Virus record (IMG/VR): IMGVR_UViG_3300007511_000007
Span: 1 to 64,000 of that record
Strand: one strand, 5' to 3'
DNA length: 64,000 nucleotides
From: a virus
Shown: positions 53,301 to 61,507 of the stretch, one piece after another
How positions within the stretch are numbered: the first letter of the stretch is position 1
How the letters are laid out: every line of letters begins with the position of its first letter
Position numbers and translations under genes: made by a program
The notes under the pieces: generated by a model
What the model was told of the DNA's origin: nothing
The model's input: only the letters and a program-made list of their open reading frames with translations
Database searches by the model: none

Positions 53301-53523
53301 CCAACTGGTTCGCAAACCATGCGGAGTCTCTGCCCTTCAACGCAATTGTATCAATTACAACATCCACATCCTTGATTGGAGCTTTGAGGAGATGATTTCG
53401 AACAGCCCCACCCACGATGTAAATGTGTTTGTCTGCCCGAGATTTCTTTGCGACTGAGGCCAGAAACTTGGCGAGGATTATTGCTCGCTTGTTTCTTCCT
53501 CGAATAGCTGTTTTTGAAACCAC
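47380..53523 (-). CDS. 2047-aa polyvalent protein: CCA-adding/poly(A) polymerase NTase + 2H phosphoesterase + DNA topoisomerase IB + zinc finger + acidic tail
   Basis: GGAVRN..KDVD, EDVLRREFTLN, DPTRLLRAVKF (class II NTase); HITF and HTTL (2H); ERVGNE, GKSG, AKDMRGF, GHT, SDYL (topo IB R-K-R-H-Y pentad). Confidence 0.85.
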   Translation of the reverse strand: MVSKTAIRGRNKRAIILAKFLASVAKKSRADKHIYIVGGAVRNHLLKAPIKDVDVVIDTIALKGRDSAWFANQLVKAIPVRTSVVTNNYGVAIVTVKDHWDLDGHDMKGEVLEIANARKESYGGQGGKGYKPHTVEPATIKEDVLRREFTLNTLMWELAEIAKGPDKAEIVDITGCGLRDLQKGELRCPSDPDKTFSDDPTRLLRAVKFVAKYGFTIPPQIAAAIKRNAPKMKKAPWEAIGKLMVENVIREKNARDSLKLMQKLGLLKVIAEMVRENNAFASYLSGHLNDKGVGLLLDLAGLGIQVRSPISFLSPEQQETLRKITLGMKPKEADNFLKLLQRPLVDQRLVFEIHNLEGPERQIPFQIARELMLEKPELAKKPDLTDAVMDEITKRRGPAQKVATRFLKTASWWELNPEKIPEVPDAGHWTGDGPLDMAGDFIDRIDMEYRDALGRPIDGVEVDHLLRSIKNITDRKLNPWVDLICEHYNVTMQQVMALPEEQKEELRRAWIGVKNSGFDIGVPYSLKDEPPGPKPKAVEEFIDSASSTLWWYSQRAKQLLGESNEWSNPPEYWEEKSRKTAGGDGSVTGDSTSAGFFIRVPEKLGKQFPELANDDSPEHITFLIVGDVKGREQEFLDIAETIIPGGLGTPTTKAEFHQVDYFRNAEKDLAIPHMNIRFERPISELRWRLAEAYQEAGFDLVDVSPHIYRPHTTLGYLEGVDSEFKGKLPTGAWDVEDIEVWGLPKLEKISLTPANPLAHGWGSNNAEMHEHLEKRVGASRKEFWQMSLPEFIRDSGLLREIRRPDLPFDAWVREQGINPREMATEAEFATFLGGTLFATPNRTRREKGVLKGLAKKVFMRQRLEKQFAEEVGYRKEKKELDAKREMDLAFYRSRHKREIAKALMGGKEVPQEVFSFYPELGKRFQLARRGVEGSSKRVAIRFSKQAGYWAIHPETLQMDPGNQAGYVIGDGPADILEPALHDIVEHYLAHPEIARPPRREELDALWKFCTWVIRNDRDYQDIYVERGVEKLKEEGELPSDYSVDPYWEGISKEAGRMVAQAIRVAAKYKDKKKIKNKDGDEQVVYEYTDGQVQHRHREKAKKLEQLEKEYPKLRKQVEKDLNAKDDKKKQTAMAVALINETYERVGNEDSADKGHYGVTGWKASHISFKEGKAVLKYTGKSGVKHTKEVTDSKLISALKAAAKGKGDDEEVLPDVSASDINEYLKPYEITAKDMRGFHANREMRKALGKVRKKGPALPHARKEKDKILKEEFKKALEEVADIVGHTTSILRSDYLVPGLEDSYVHDGSVQKGKKVAIININNATDGPEGDGDEWVLRGDLGLQSSLTGYEQAIMQDMDIHQQPILKTPKGYFLRGHQVDDDAVDELIAAGYLEDCDQGVRQSALYEAKLKLYRSASGDRLYDLHVRRGETVAQIMQILQPEHWRLTCPICGNKNQCRCPQRVHEHAEVLEMPAVCGSCEEKFKQATKDHGEKEDEEAERLVRPEPKKKPPRNDLRREQVKPEDDPDVDHGDRGDDKDMSLNYKRIASRWLISEDIPSPGRVAFWHLMMAGDTPEWAVGKKFDHQTEGGEVTQVGWNSLSPEEQAKYKSDEADEQGESEKEPKEEEAGVSGAKKELAELEGPDEEKAALEEALGNLESAFAIEDAEKAKDALEEAKFRAERLLGKLEDKNSMDIILTTLEEGEKVVAEKQKQQKAEKKQQEKKEVAEKKWRETPEGTIESLGVDPDSKDLAKDSYKALTEASPKEREELSENIRGQLDELMNEDEPDKERLMKLDQMYNGVCLAQVVNDETPDLPDGQELSPQVVTLAKALKDTPGQDPSLLLGSMQDFCGPQGREGIKGAMGQMNNQQLYEFAGGEDSPYADIFDALNEVGEDGRPVVGEAQAAYARNMLERLLLNDMTYSHTAIKSAYEQLDEDEGAEDGEKGKKKKDKKTKNVEKKVSQTLDSCLRDTGAQVETFLEAIKSDASEDEIRELGKELELAQMESVASALAEFPQEGNRALQLIQEMLRDRDPERGDKFKTEPPLGGK

Positions 53524-53569
53524 ACGTCACCTCTAGCACCTACTTCCCTGCAAACTATCGAAGGAATAA

Positions 53570-56500
53570 CTAGAAGCGACCGCCATCATCCTTCGGCGGC
53601 TCATACTCCAAACCCAATTTCTCAGCGATCTGCTTCACAATTTCCGTACCTTCCACAAGTTTCGCAGCAACATCGTTGTAGACGCCCCGCACCATCTCAT
53701 TGAAGGTAGGATCGTTTACTGTCCACAGATCCCGCTCCACCTTCTCACGGGTTCTTTCAGGATCAATGTTCAGAAGCTCAAGAATAATCTCGATGTCCAG
53801 CGACCCTTTCTGGTACAGGTTGAAGAGATGGTCGAACGTGTCGGAGTTGTCCCTCAAAGCCAACCGGGTAAAGGACACAGAGGGGTAGATGACATTCTCG
53901 TCATCATACTCATCAGCCTCAATGAACCCCATACGGCGGCACATTGGTTTGAAAAGTTGCTCCTCAATGAAGTCTTGAAGGATCTCACGCAAGAGCATGT
54001 ATCTGGTATTGATGACCTCAAGATTGATCCGGTCTCCCGAATAGCTGGATTCTCCTGAAAGAAGACTTTCTGTGACACCCAGACCCGAATACATCTGGCG
54101 ATCTGTGCGGTCATAAAGGTTCGACCAATCCGGAACTCGTGTGTCAGACCCCATCTCCTCCCAATTAACCTGGAAGTTGGTGACGATTGAGAAATCGGGG
54201 TCTGCCAGAGCCATATCAACCTGATCCCGCAATTCCTCGATATCGTCCACATCCATACCCTCGGCCCAGACAATTCTGATGGGAGTCATGTGACGAGAAG
54301 CTATCGACGTTTCCGCCTGCCTAATCTTGTCTCGAAAAACGAGTATTCTCATGCAGTTGTGTACCAAAACCTCATGTGTTACTAGAGATTCGTCGTCTTC
54401 TACATCGAAGGAATAAACGATGCCTTTGTAATGCACTGCCTGTGTTTCCTTGATTTTTCTCAACAGCTTCTTTGATCCGGACCAACCAGTGTCTTTGCCC
54501 GCCCGATTCACTGCGGAGAGCTTACCCTCCCCTTTCACTGTCTGCTCGGCCCACTTCTTGACATCCTCGGTGGAGCAACAAGAGAGACCCCAAAAGTCTT
54601 TCTTTCCGTATTGGTATGTCTTCTCTTGCCACCCGGCTGCTGTTTTCCACTTCCGGGACCAATTACGTGCTTGCCGACTCCTTTTTTTAATCTGTGTTTT
54701 GATCCCAACACGATTACAAAGAAGATGGATCTGATGAATCAACAAGCGGTTATCGAGTTGGATTTCAATTTGCGCTGCGTTCTCATCCCAATGCAACCAA
54801 CCATCTGTATCCAGCAATCCCTTAAGGAATGCTAAGATCCGTTCCTCGCCCAAATTGAAGACCCATTCAGGGACACTTTTACCCGAAGCCCCATGTCCAA
54901 ACTCTTCCATGAACCATCGGGCCAAAAGCATATCTCCGATTCTGATTTGTGTGGCCTCCAGGTCCGCTTCACCCACCCCAAACAAGTTCCCTCTGTCCAA
55001 GCCCCCGAATTGACTTAAGACGCCTTCAACTTTTTGTTTGAGTTTCTCATCTCGTTCACCCTTCCCAAAAGTCCATGCCAGACTATGCGTGTTGAGTAGA
55101 GAATCTTTTTGTGTCCAGACACAACCATCCCCCAACCAGGTTCCAACCAGATACATAAAGTCATCTGATATAGAGATCTTGGAAACAGGGGAACTCAAAC
55201 TTTTCGTGACGACTGCTCCTGGGACACGGATTTCTTTTGCTATTGGATGCCAAAGAGTTCCGTTTCCCTTTCCTCGGCCTTTGAACACCTTTTCGGTCTG
55301 CAGGCCAATTTGATTCCGCAGCCGTGAGACACAGGCACGGAGACCTGCATAGGTATGTCCAGTGATCCCCCTAATGGCTTCATAAGAAGCCTCAGTCGGT
55401 TCTTCTAATCCCTTGAGCCAATTGATCAGACGGGTAGACTTCTTGACGGCTTCTATCCGCCCTGCGTCATCCTGCTCATATTCAAAAGAAACAACAAGCT
55501 CTCCCGCTCCTGATGTGTCTGCCTCTATAGCAGTGATTTTCCGCTCCCGTCTCTCAAACCCTTTCTGGTTCTCCCTGAAGCGTCTATCAACTTCAAGTTC
55601 TTTTCCCCGCCACCAGTCGGCCAAATCAATCTCAGTAATCGGATTGGACTCAGGAACCACTTGCGCTTCTTTAACCAAATCGCCTTCTTTGAACTCTTGT
55701 GCTTCAATCCACTCTTCTGTCTCATCTTCGTTGACCCGCAGGATGCGGTGATCGGAAGTTACTGCCAAAGGCCGTTCAATACCCGCCACAGAAAGAATAG
55801 TTATTTCCTCATCTACGGGGCGAGAGCCTTTCTGAGCTTTACGGAATCTACCTTTGTGGGTCAACAGAGAATCCACTTCAACGTCCACGTCTTCTACAGG
55901 AATTTGCTGAATGATACCGTTTCGTTTGACTGTGACCAGAGTGCCGGGTAGTAAGCAACGTTCCAGTAAGGAAGAACCCCGTGGCTCATATTGGGACTTC
56001 TTTCTGCACATGTAGTAGACAAAACTACCCGCGTCCGGATCTGTGTTCAAAGGAATGTTTCGTCCTTGAAGAATTGCAGACGTGACATCCCCCGGCATCG
56101 AATTTACAACCCGAATTGCGTCTCTGTCTCCCATATTGGCTTTCTGGATCACGTCCTTGGTCTTCGAGTCGGCTACCAACTCAATGATCTTCTCGTCCGT
56201 GAACGGGAATGCCTCCATATGAATCTGCTCAGGGGGTAGCACTCTGAGCGCAGTCCATCCTTTGTAGTTCTTCTTGAGCCACCCAACCGCCCGTGCATTG
56301 GCGTCTTCACGCAATTGCCATCGTTCAATTGCTTTGCCGTCTGGGGTCAGTTCCCGAATCGCCTCTTCACGAATCTCTTTCGGCATCTCCGGATTATTGT
56401 CCTCACAGAAAATGAAAACTTCGCCCAGCAAATGGTAGTCGTGGACAATCTCAATCAGACGATGGAGAATCTCATTTTTCTTGCACCACCGCTCACAAAA

Positions 56501-56869
56501 TTCGAGGGCTTTCTCCGCAAGCGTCCGGTTCTTGGCCTTGGGCATCCCCAAACGAAGTTTGGAGAGAGGCAGTTCCGTGTGGAGGTCAATCGCCTGCCCG
56601 ACAAAACAATCAGTTTTGTACCAGAACCGGTAATAGTTCCGTTGCTCGTCAATGCTCTGTGGAAGTTCAAGGAAGTCCGTGGATAACTCAGGAGAATAAA
56701 AGTTCCCCCCGGAACCCCCAACGGTACCACCTACCGTTGGGTAAGCCACCTTTGAGCGCATCGCAGAAGACATGATCTTGCGGGGTTTCCCCGTGGACAC
56801 TTTGGGTCTCGGGGGGATCTTCTTTACCTCTACGGCAGTGTCATTCTGTGCCCGTTCTTCTTTGGTCAT
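53570..56869 (-). CDS. Portal protein with an intein
   Basis: Downstream of the terminase; RFWY..D.FVGQAIDLHTELPLS, GEVF, GLGVTESLLSGE..Y; about 565 aa after splicing. Confidence 0.85.
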   Translation of the reverse strand: MTKEERAQNDTAVEVKKIPPRPKVSTGKPRKIMSSAMRSKVAYPTVGGTVGGSGGNFYSPELSTDFLELPQSIDEQRNYYRFWYKTDCFVGQAIDLHTELPLSKLRLGMPKAKNRTLAEKALEFCERWCKKNEILHRLIEIVHDYHLLGEVFIFCEDNNPEMPKEIREEAIRELTPDGKAIERWQLREDANARAVGWLKKNYKGWTALRVLPPEQIHMEAFPFTDEKIIELVADSKTKDVIQKANMGDRDAIRVVNSMPGDVTSAILQGRNIPLNTDPDAGSFVYYMCRKKSQYEPRGSSLLERCLLPGTLVTVKRNGIIQQIPVEDVDVEVDSLLTHKGRFRKAQKGSRPVDEEITILSVAGIERPLAVTSDHRILRVNEDETEEWIEAQEFKEGDLVKEAQVVPESNPITEIDLADWWRGKELEVDRRFRENQKGFERRERKITAIEADTSGAGELVVSFEYEQDDAGRIEAVKKSTRLINWLKGLEEPTEASYEAIRGITGHTYAGLRACVSRLRNQIGLQTEKVFKGRGKGNGTLWHPIAKEIRVPGAVVTKSLSSPVSKISISDDFMYLVGTWLGDGCVWTQKDSLLNTHSLAWTFGKGERDEKLKQKVEGVLSQFGGLDRGNLFGVGEADLEATQIRIGDMLLARWFMEEFGHGASGKSVPEWVFNLGEERILAFLKGLLDTDGWLHWDENAAQIEIQLDNRLLIHQIHLLCNRVGIKTQIKKRSRQARNWSRKWKTAAGWQEKTYQYGKKDFWGLSCCSTEDVKKWAEQTVKGEGKLSAVNRAGKDTGWSGSKKLLRKIKETQAVHYKGIVYSFDVEDDESLVTHEVLVHNCMRILVFRDKIRQAETSIASRHMTPIRIVWAEGMDVDDIEELRDQVDMALADPDFSIVTNFQVNWEEMGSDTRVPDWSNLYDRTDRQMYSGLGVTESLLSGESSYSGDRINLEVINTRYMLLREILQDFIEEQLFKPMCRRMGFIEADEYDDENVIYPSVSFTRLALRDNSDTFDHLFNLYQKGSLDIEIILELLNIDPERTREKVERDLWTVNDPTFNEMVRGVYNDVAAKLVEGTEIVKQIAEKLGLEYEPPKDDGGRF
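54356..55957 (-). mobile_element. Intein (534 aa) with LAGLIDADG endonuclease in the portal
   Basis: CLLPGTLV, VTSDHRI, LVGTWLGDG and FLKGLLDTDG, VYSFDVEDDESL...VLVHN/C. Confidence 0.9.
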
Positions 56870-56876
56870 GGATCAC

Positions 56877-57173
56877 CTATTTAGCCGCGGCTTCCCGCTG
56901 TTTAGCCCGCTCCTCTTTTCGTTTCTGACGAGCCTGCATCGCCCGCTCGTCCTCAGTAATCAAATCAGGATCTTCCATACCCGCCATATCTCGTAGTCCC
57001 CTGACAGAATTGAAAGCATCCATCAGTCGGCCAATGTCCCGCCTGGTCTTCTTCAGAGCGGGCACTTTACGAGAAGTGCTGTTGCGGCGGGTAAATCTGG
57101 CACAAAGATCAAGGGCATCCCCGAGGGAACGTTTAGCATCCTTGAGCTTCCTGTCGATTTCGGCTTCGATCAT
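56877..57173 (-). CDS. Hypothetical protein
   Basis: ATGA overlap; helical and basic. Confidence 0.6.
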   Translation of the reverse strand: MIEAEIDRKLKDAKRSLGDALDLCARFTRRNSTSRKVPALKKTRRDIGRLMDAFNSVRGLRDMAGMEDPDLITEDERAMQARQKRKEERAKQREAAAK

Positions 57174-57418
57174 GTCACATCCTTCTTCGACACTATACCT
57201 GTGGAGATCGCCGCCTTCACAGTCTTCCGCAAAAGAGACATCTCATCCGTAGATCCCAGAAAGAGTTTCTCCCACGATCCCCCGGCTTTTTGGAACACTT
57301 CAGAGATCTTGTTGTATTCCTCAGCCTTGTCCAGAAATTTGCCGGGACTCACATCCAACAGCCGGGCGATCATTCGATGATCAGCACGGGTTGGTTTTAT
57401 CGCCGTGAGCGTGACCAT
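57170..57418 (-). CDS. Hypothetical protein
   Basis: SD GGAGGGG before ATG 57418. Confidence 0.6.
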   Translation of the reverse strand: MVTLTAIKPTRADHRMIARLLDVSPGKFLDKAEEYNKISEVFQKAGGSWEKLFLGSTDEMSLLRKTVKAAISTGIVSKKDVT

Positions 57419-59274
57419 GCCCCCCTCCACGCTGATCTAGCCCTTTGAACGTCTACTCTTCGAGAATCATGGCTCCCGGTACGATGCAGCCGTTTGAAGT
57501 TCGAGCTTCTTGTGCCTGCTCGACGAGCCATTCCCTGTCCCTTTCCGGTACCTTTGGACATGTACTTGGGTTGGGTGATTCTCTGTGTAGCCAACCAGAT
57601 CATCCTCACCAGAGCGTCTGAACGGTCGTCGTGTTTCCCTTCAATGTTCGGAGCCTGAACCTTGGTGATGTGTTTGGAAACCCGTTCTTCCTGCAACTCT
57701 AACAACTCGGTGACATACCCACAGTGCGTTTCGCCATCGGCAATAGGCCAATCGTAGAGGACAACTCTACGATCCCACATCATGTCTTTGAAGGTCTTGA
57801 AGATTTCTGAGTTGATAATTGGCGTCAGTTGTTTGGTCTTCATCCCTTTGACACCACGTTTCATCAACGCCTGCTCAAAGGGGATTCCGGCCCACTGGTC
57901 AAACAATCCCTCTGCAACATAGAAGCGGGACGCATGTGCTTTGACCCAATCCGCAACCTCATCGAACTCCAGGCGATCCTGTTGAGCGTATTTGCCTTCC
58001 CCGGCTTTGATCTGATCCACAAGGTCAACCACCACAACCGGCCCCATCTCGGGGTCTTGCTCGATATGCCCAATTGCGATTGCTGAACCGTCTCCTTTCA
58101 ACCCAACGTCAATCCCCACGAAATGAGGTACCTTGGTGGGGCCTGATGTCTGGGGTCTGCGATCAGGGTCGATACATGCGATCAAGTCCCGCTCGTCCTC
58201 GATCCAACCCTTGGTTCGGTCGGTAAACTCGGCTCCGTATTCGGTGAAGAACTCGGTGGGGTCTTTGAGATACTGCTTCATGTACTCAGCTTTGGGAACC
58301 GTGGGGTTAATTTCCCAAGTTGGTGCCTGAATACACAGCATGTCTTCCGCTACCTCACCACCCCGCATCGCCATCTGGAACTGCTTGTAGAACAACCCCT
58401 GCCGCCCCATTGGGGATGAAATCAGGATCATGCGAGCTTCAACGTTCCCAATGGGGACTCTGGGATCGTCAGGGTCTTTAGGGGAGAACGCTGACAGAGA
58501 AGGCTTGATAGCTCCATAGACGGCATCCGCACTGGACTGCCCCGATTCTACAAAGTGGGCAACCTCATCCAAGATGACAACCAGGTTACCTGCACCTCGA
58601 AGCCCCTTGGCAACACAAGACTTGAACGTCACATTGATACTGGCCTTGGCCGCAGGGTCTTCGCTGTATCTCCCAAACCGATTAATGTCCTTTGGGGTCT
58701 GGAACTTCGCATAGGACATTGTGTTGTTGGCCGTGAACGTTTTGAAGAAACCACATTGACGGAAGTGGTTCGACACCCCCTGATAGAGCAACCCCGCCTG
58801 ATCCTTGTCCGTCGCTACAGACGTGATTTGGATCATATCCGAACCCGGGAGTCCGTAATATGCCTGCGGGTCTCCCTTGCTCAAGAGCTTGTACGTTTCG
58901 TAGGCTGCAATACAGGCAGAAATCAGAGTCTTCCCTGACCGTCTTCCCAATGACAAAACCATTTCCCGACGTTCATCCCCGGCGACTACTTGCCGGATAT
59001 TACATCGGCCTTCATCATACATGTGACGAAGGTAAGCTGCCTCCGTCATCATCTCGATATCTTCCAGCCTCCAATCGTCGGGGACCGGGACTATCTTCTC
59101 TTTCGTGTCGAGAGGCACCCCATAGTGAGCCTTCAGAATGACTCTTTGAGCGGGGAACAACTTGAAATTCAGCCCCCACCCGGATTCAATGAAAGTGATA
59201 ATGTCGACAATCTTTCGCCCTTGATCAGGGTTAATCCCACCACCAGCATGTTTGACCAGGTCACCAAGACTCAT
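57397..59274 (-). CDS. terL: Terminase large subunit
   Basis: Adenine-binding LFPAQ, Walker A LGRRSGKT, Walker B VVILDEVAHF, ISSP coupling motif, RNase H-like FVGIDVG and HDDRSDAL. Confidence 0.9.
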   Translation of the reverse strand: MSLGDLVKHAGGGINPDQGRKIVDIITFIESGWGLNFKLFPAQRVILKAHYGVPLDTKEKIVPVPDDWRLEDIEMMTEAAYLRHMYDEGRCNIRQVVAGDERREMVLSLGRRSGKTLISACIAAYETYKLLSKGDPQAYYGLPGSDMIQITSVATDKDQAGLLYQGVSNHFRQCGFFKTFTANNTMSYAKFQTPKDINRFGRYSEDPAAKASINVTFKSCVAKGLRGAGNLVVILDEVAHFVESGQSSADAVYGAIKPSLSAFSPKDPDDPRVPIGNVEARMILISSPMGRQGLFYKQFQMAMRGGEVAEDMLCIQAPTWEINPTVPKAEYMKQYLKDPTEFFTEYGAEFTDRTKGWIEDERDLIACIDPDRRPQTSGPTKVPHFVGIDVGLKGDGSAIAIGHIEQDPEMGPVVVVDLVDQIKAGEGKYAQQDRLEFDEVADWVKAHASRFYVAEGLFDQWAGIPFEQALMKRGVKGMKTKQLTPIINSEIFKTFKDMMWDRRVVLYDWPIADGETHCGYVTELLELQEERVSKHITKVQAPNIEGKHDDRSDALVRMIWLATQRITQPKYMSKGTGKGQGMARRAGTRSSNFKRLHRTGSHDSRRVDVQRARSAWRGAWSRSRR

Positions 59275-59969
59275 GAGGGTACCCCCCGGATGGTATTCTT
59301 GATTTTGTTCTTGGCCTCTTGTTCCCAATGGGCATCCATCTTCTTGGAGAGGTTATCGAACACAAGATCAACCATCTCCGAAGGCAATCCGGATTCTCGC
59401 ATAGCGTATTGGAACGTCTGCATGATATGGGAAAAGAGTGTCTTGAAAGCGGGGCTGTCGAACTCCAGGGTTGACGAATCGATCTCTTTCTTCTTCTTGA
59501 GCCACGTTTCCCCAATCGTGCGCAGAGCTTTCAGCCGACGGCTAGAAAACCCCGAAGTGCTGTCCCCCTCTCTTTCGGCCACACTCTTGTCATAGTCCAG
59601 GGACGCCGCCTCCTTAGCCATCTCCTTGAGGATGTGGTCAAGAATGTCGGTCGAGTCAGGATTCTTCCCCATGGCTGTTACGATTGGATCATTCACGACG
59701 ACGGATTCTCGTTGTCGCACCCATTCTGCCACTTCCGGATTTTTGGGGTCGGGCAAAGACACTTTCGGTTTACCGACACCCCCCTTACGGCCGGGGAGAT
59801 TCTTCATCACGATGGGTTCACCGGATTTCTTGGTCACTATCGTATCGGTTGTCTTTACCTCATCTCGATTCCGCCACCGAAGATTGCCGTCTTTATCCGT
59901 TACTTTTACTCGGAGAGCGTCCTTGGGGAGTTTGGCCGCAATCGCTTTCGCGTTTTGTTTACCCGACAT
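59271..59969 (-). CDS. Putative terminase small subunit
   Basis: Directly upstream of terL with an ATGA overlap; helical C-terminal half. Assignment is positional. Confidence 0.5.
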   Translation of the reverse strand: MSGKQNAKAIAAKLPKDALRVKVTDKDGNLRWRNRDEVKTTDTIVTKKSGEPIVMKNLPGRKGGVGKPKVSLPDPKNPEVAEWVRQRESVVVNDPIVTAMGKNPDSTDILDHILKEMAKEAASLDYDKSVAEREGDSTSGFSSRRLKALRTIGETWLKKKKEIDSSTLEFDSPAFKTLFSHIMQTFQYAMRESGLPSEMVDLVFDNLSKKMDAHWEQEAKNKIKNTIRGVPS

Positions 59970-60041
59970 AATAACCTCACGGCTCCATAATACCGCTCAA
60001 AAACAGCATTTTTATAAGGTATTTAGTGTGATCCGAGACGA

Positions 60042-60611
60042 TCAGGTATGGATTGCAGGGCCAATCGTGGGGGCACCAACAGTCAAGAATCCAGTCGTAG
60101 GAGCTAACACGAAGTTGGTCTTTGTCCCCAGATGTTCCACGGTGAACGGAACTAAACCACCCCCTGGTCCCATTGGACCAGTGATGTTGATCACCCCCAA
60201 TCCAGCATCCGTTCCGGTGAAACCGGGGAGATTGTTGAGCATTGTTGCCAAAGCTGCAGCCACATTCAAGAGAGTCGGATTCGGGTACGCCGCTAATGCC
60301 ATGATGGGTGGGGCTGTGGCGACCTCAAACTGAATATCTCCAAGGGTGAGGTAAACAAACCCGGTACCAAGCTCACAATTCCCTGCCCCATCCGTGTTCT
60401 GTACGGTGAGAGTTCCGGTGGAGACTGCGGCTGCCCCAGTGGACATCCCCTGAACATTGATACCATCCGAAAACTCGAATACCTGATCCTGAACAGCATT
60501 TCGCCAACTACCGCTACTATGGGGGTGTGCTTGTCCTTTACCGGGATCACCACCAAATTGTCCCGTGCCCACGAGCTTCCGAAACGGCGGTTTGTTCTTT
60601 ACGGTTTTCAT
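60042..60611 (-). CDS. Putative virion structural protein
   Basis: Gly/Thr/Ala-rich; ATGA overlap with the Dps-like gene. Confidence 0.55.
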   Translation of the reverse strand: MKTVKNKPPFRKLVGTGQFGGDPGKGQAHPHSSGSWRNAVQDQVFEFSDGINVQGMSTGAAAVSTGTLTVQNTDGAGNCELGTGFVYLTLGDIQFEVATAPPIMALAAYPNPTLLNVAAALATMLNNLPGFTGTDAGLGVINITGPMGPGGGLVPFTVEHLGTKTNFVLAPTTGFLTVGAPTIGPAIHT

Positions 60612-61507
60612 TTCTGCCACTCCCCCAAACTGAACCACAGGGATTCCAGATCAGCATCTGCTGTCCGACCCCCCTGGAAATGATGCAGAGCATCTCGGAA
60701 TGACGTGAAGAATGCCGAAATCATGCTGTTCGGGCCTTCCACGAACTTGAACTCTCTCGTGTAACTGCCAAAGAGCATATTACGAAGGAACACCTTCAGT
60801 CTCTTTGCCCACGGCGCATTGACCTTGGGTACCGTCTTCATGAATTTCTCAAGATTCTCTTTTGTGGGTGGCGAATAGGTCAGAGCATCCAAGCGTTTGA
60901 CCGTGGAATCCCACTTCGGGTTGTCCTTCAACCACTGGATAACCGCCTTTTCCCAAACCTGAGATTCTCGCTTGAACAGAATAGCCCCGGTCTTCAAGAG
61001 AGGTTCTTCAAAATTCGCCCAACGCTGTGGACTCCCCGCACTATGCCACGCCCTTTCCCACGCAACGTCCTTATGCGCCCGCTGTTGCAACAAGTACAAG
61101 CTTTCATCGTGTTGGCTCACAAGGTCTTCGAGAAACACTTTCCACCCGGTCGGCATCTCATCAACGATCCTGCCTTTCACCATGTCCACAAAGACCAACT
61201 CGGCCTTGAGAGCACGTTCTACAGGATCAGGGATGTCCCAAAAGATCTTAAGATAGTCCGTCATCCTTTTTGCTGAATCAGGGCCGTCTACAGTTTGCCA
61301 TCCAAAAAGCCCGACAATCCGTTCTGCCAGCCCGTCGATCTGGGCATCTGCCGCCTCATAAAGCCGTTGAAACAAGAGATGATCCTGATAGAAGAATTTG
61401 CCTCTCGCCTGCCAATGGGAGGTTTGATACATCCATGAGAGCGTTCTCAGCAACCCGAGAATAAGGGCTGCGTCTCTTCTCTCAGGTTCTTTGAACGCCA
61501 GTTTCAT
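60608..61507 (-). CDS. Dps/ferritin-like domain protein with a C-terminal extension
   Basis: YQTSHWQARG..FYQDHLLFQRLYE....IDGLAERI (Dps ferroxidase signature H..HW, H..F..LY, D..AER). Confidence 0.8.
   Translation of the reverse strand: MKLAFKEPERRDAALILGLLRTLSWMYQTSHWQARGKFFYQDHLLFQRLYEAADAQIDGLAERIVGLFGWQTVDGPDSAKRMTDYLKIFWDIPDPVERALKAELVFVDMVKGRIVDEMPTGWKVFLEDLVSQHDESLYLLQQRAHKDVAWERAWHSAGSPQRWANFEEPLLKTGAILFKRESQVWEKAVIQWLKDNPKWDSTVKRLDALTYSPPTKENLEKFMKTVPKVNAPWAKRLKVFLRNMLFGSYTREFKFVEGPNSMISAFFTSFRDALHHFQGGRTADADLESLWFSLGEWQK

Noticed and set aside
57397-59274. Intein in the terminase large subunit
   Set aside because: ATPase and nuclease motifs are contiguous at normal spacing, with no Hint motifs.
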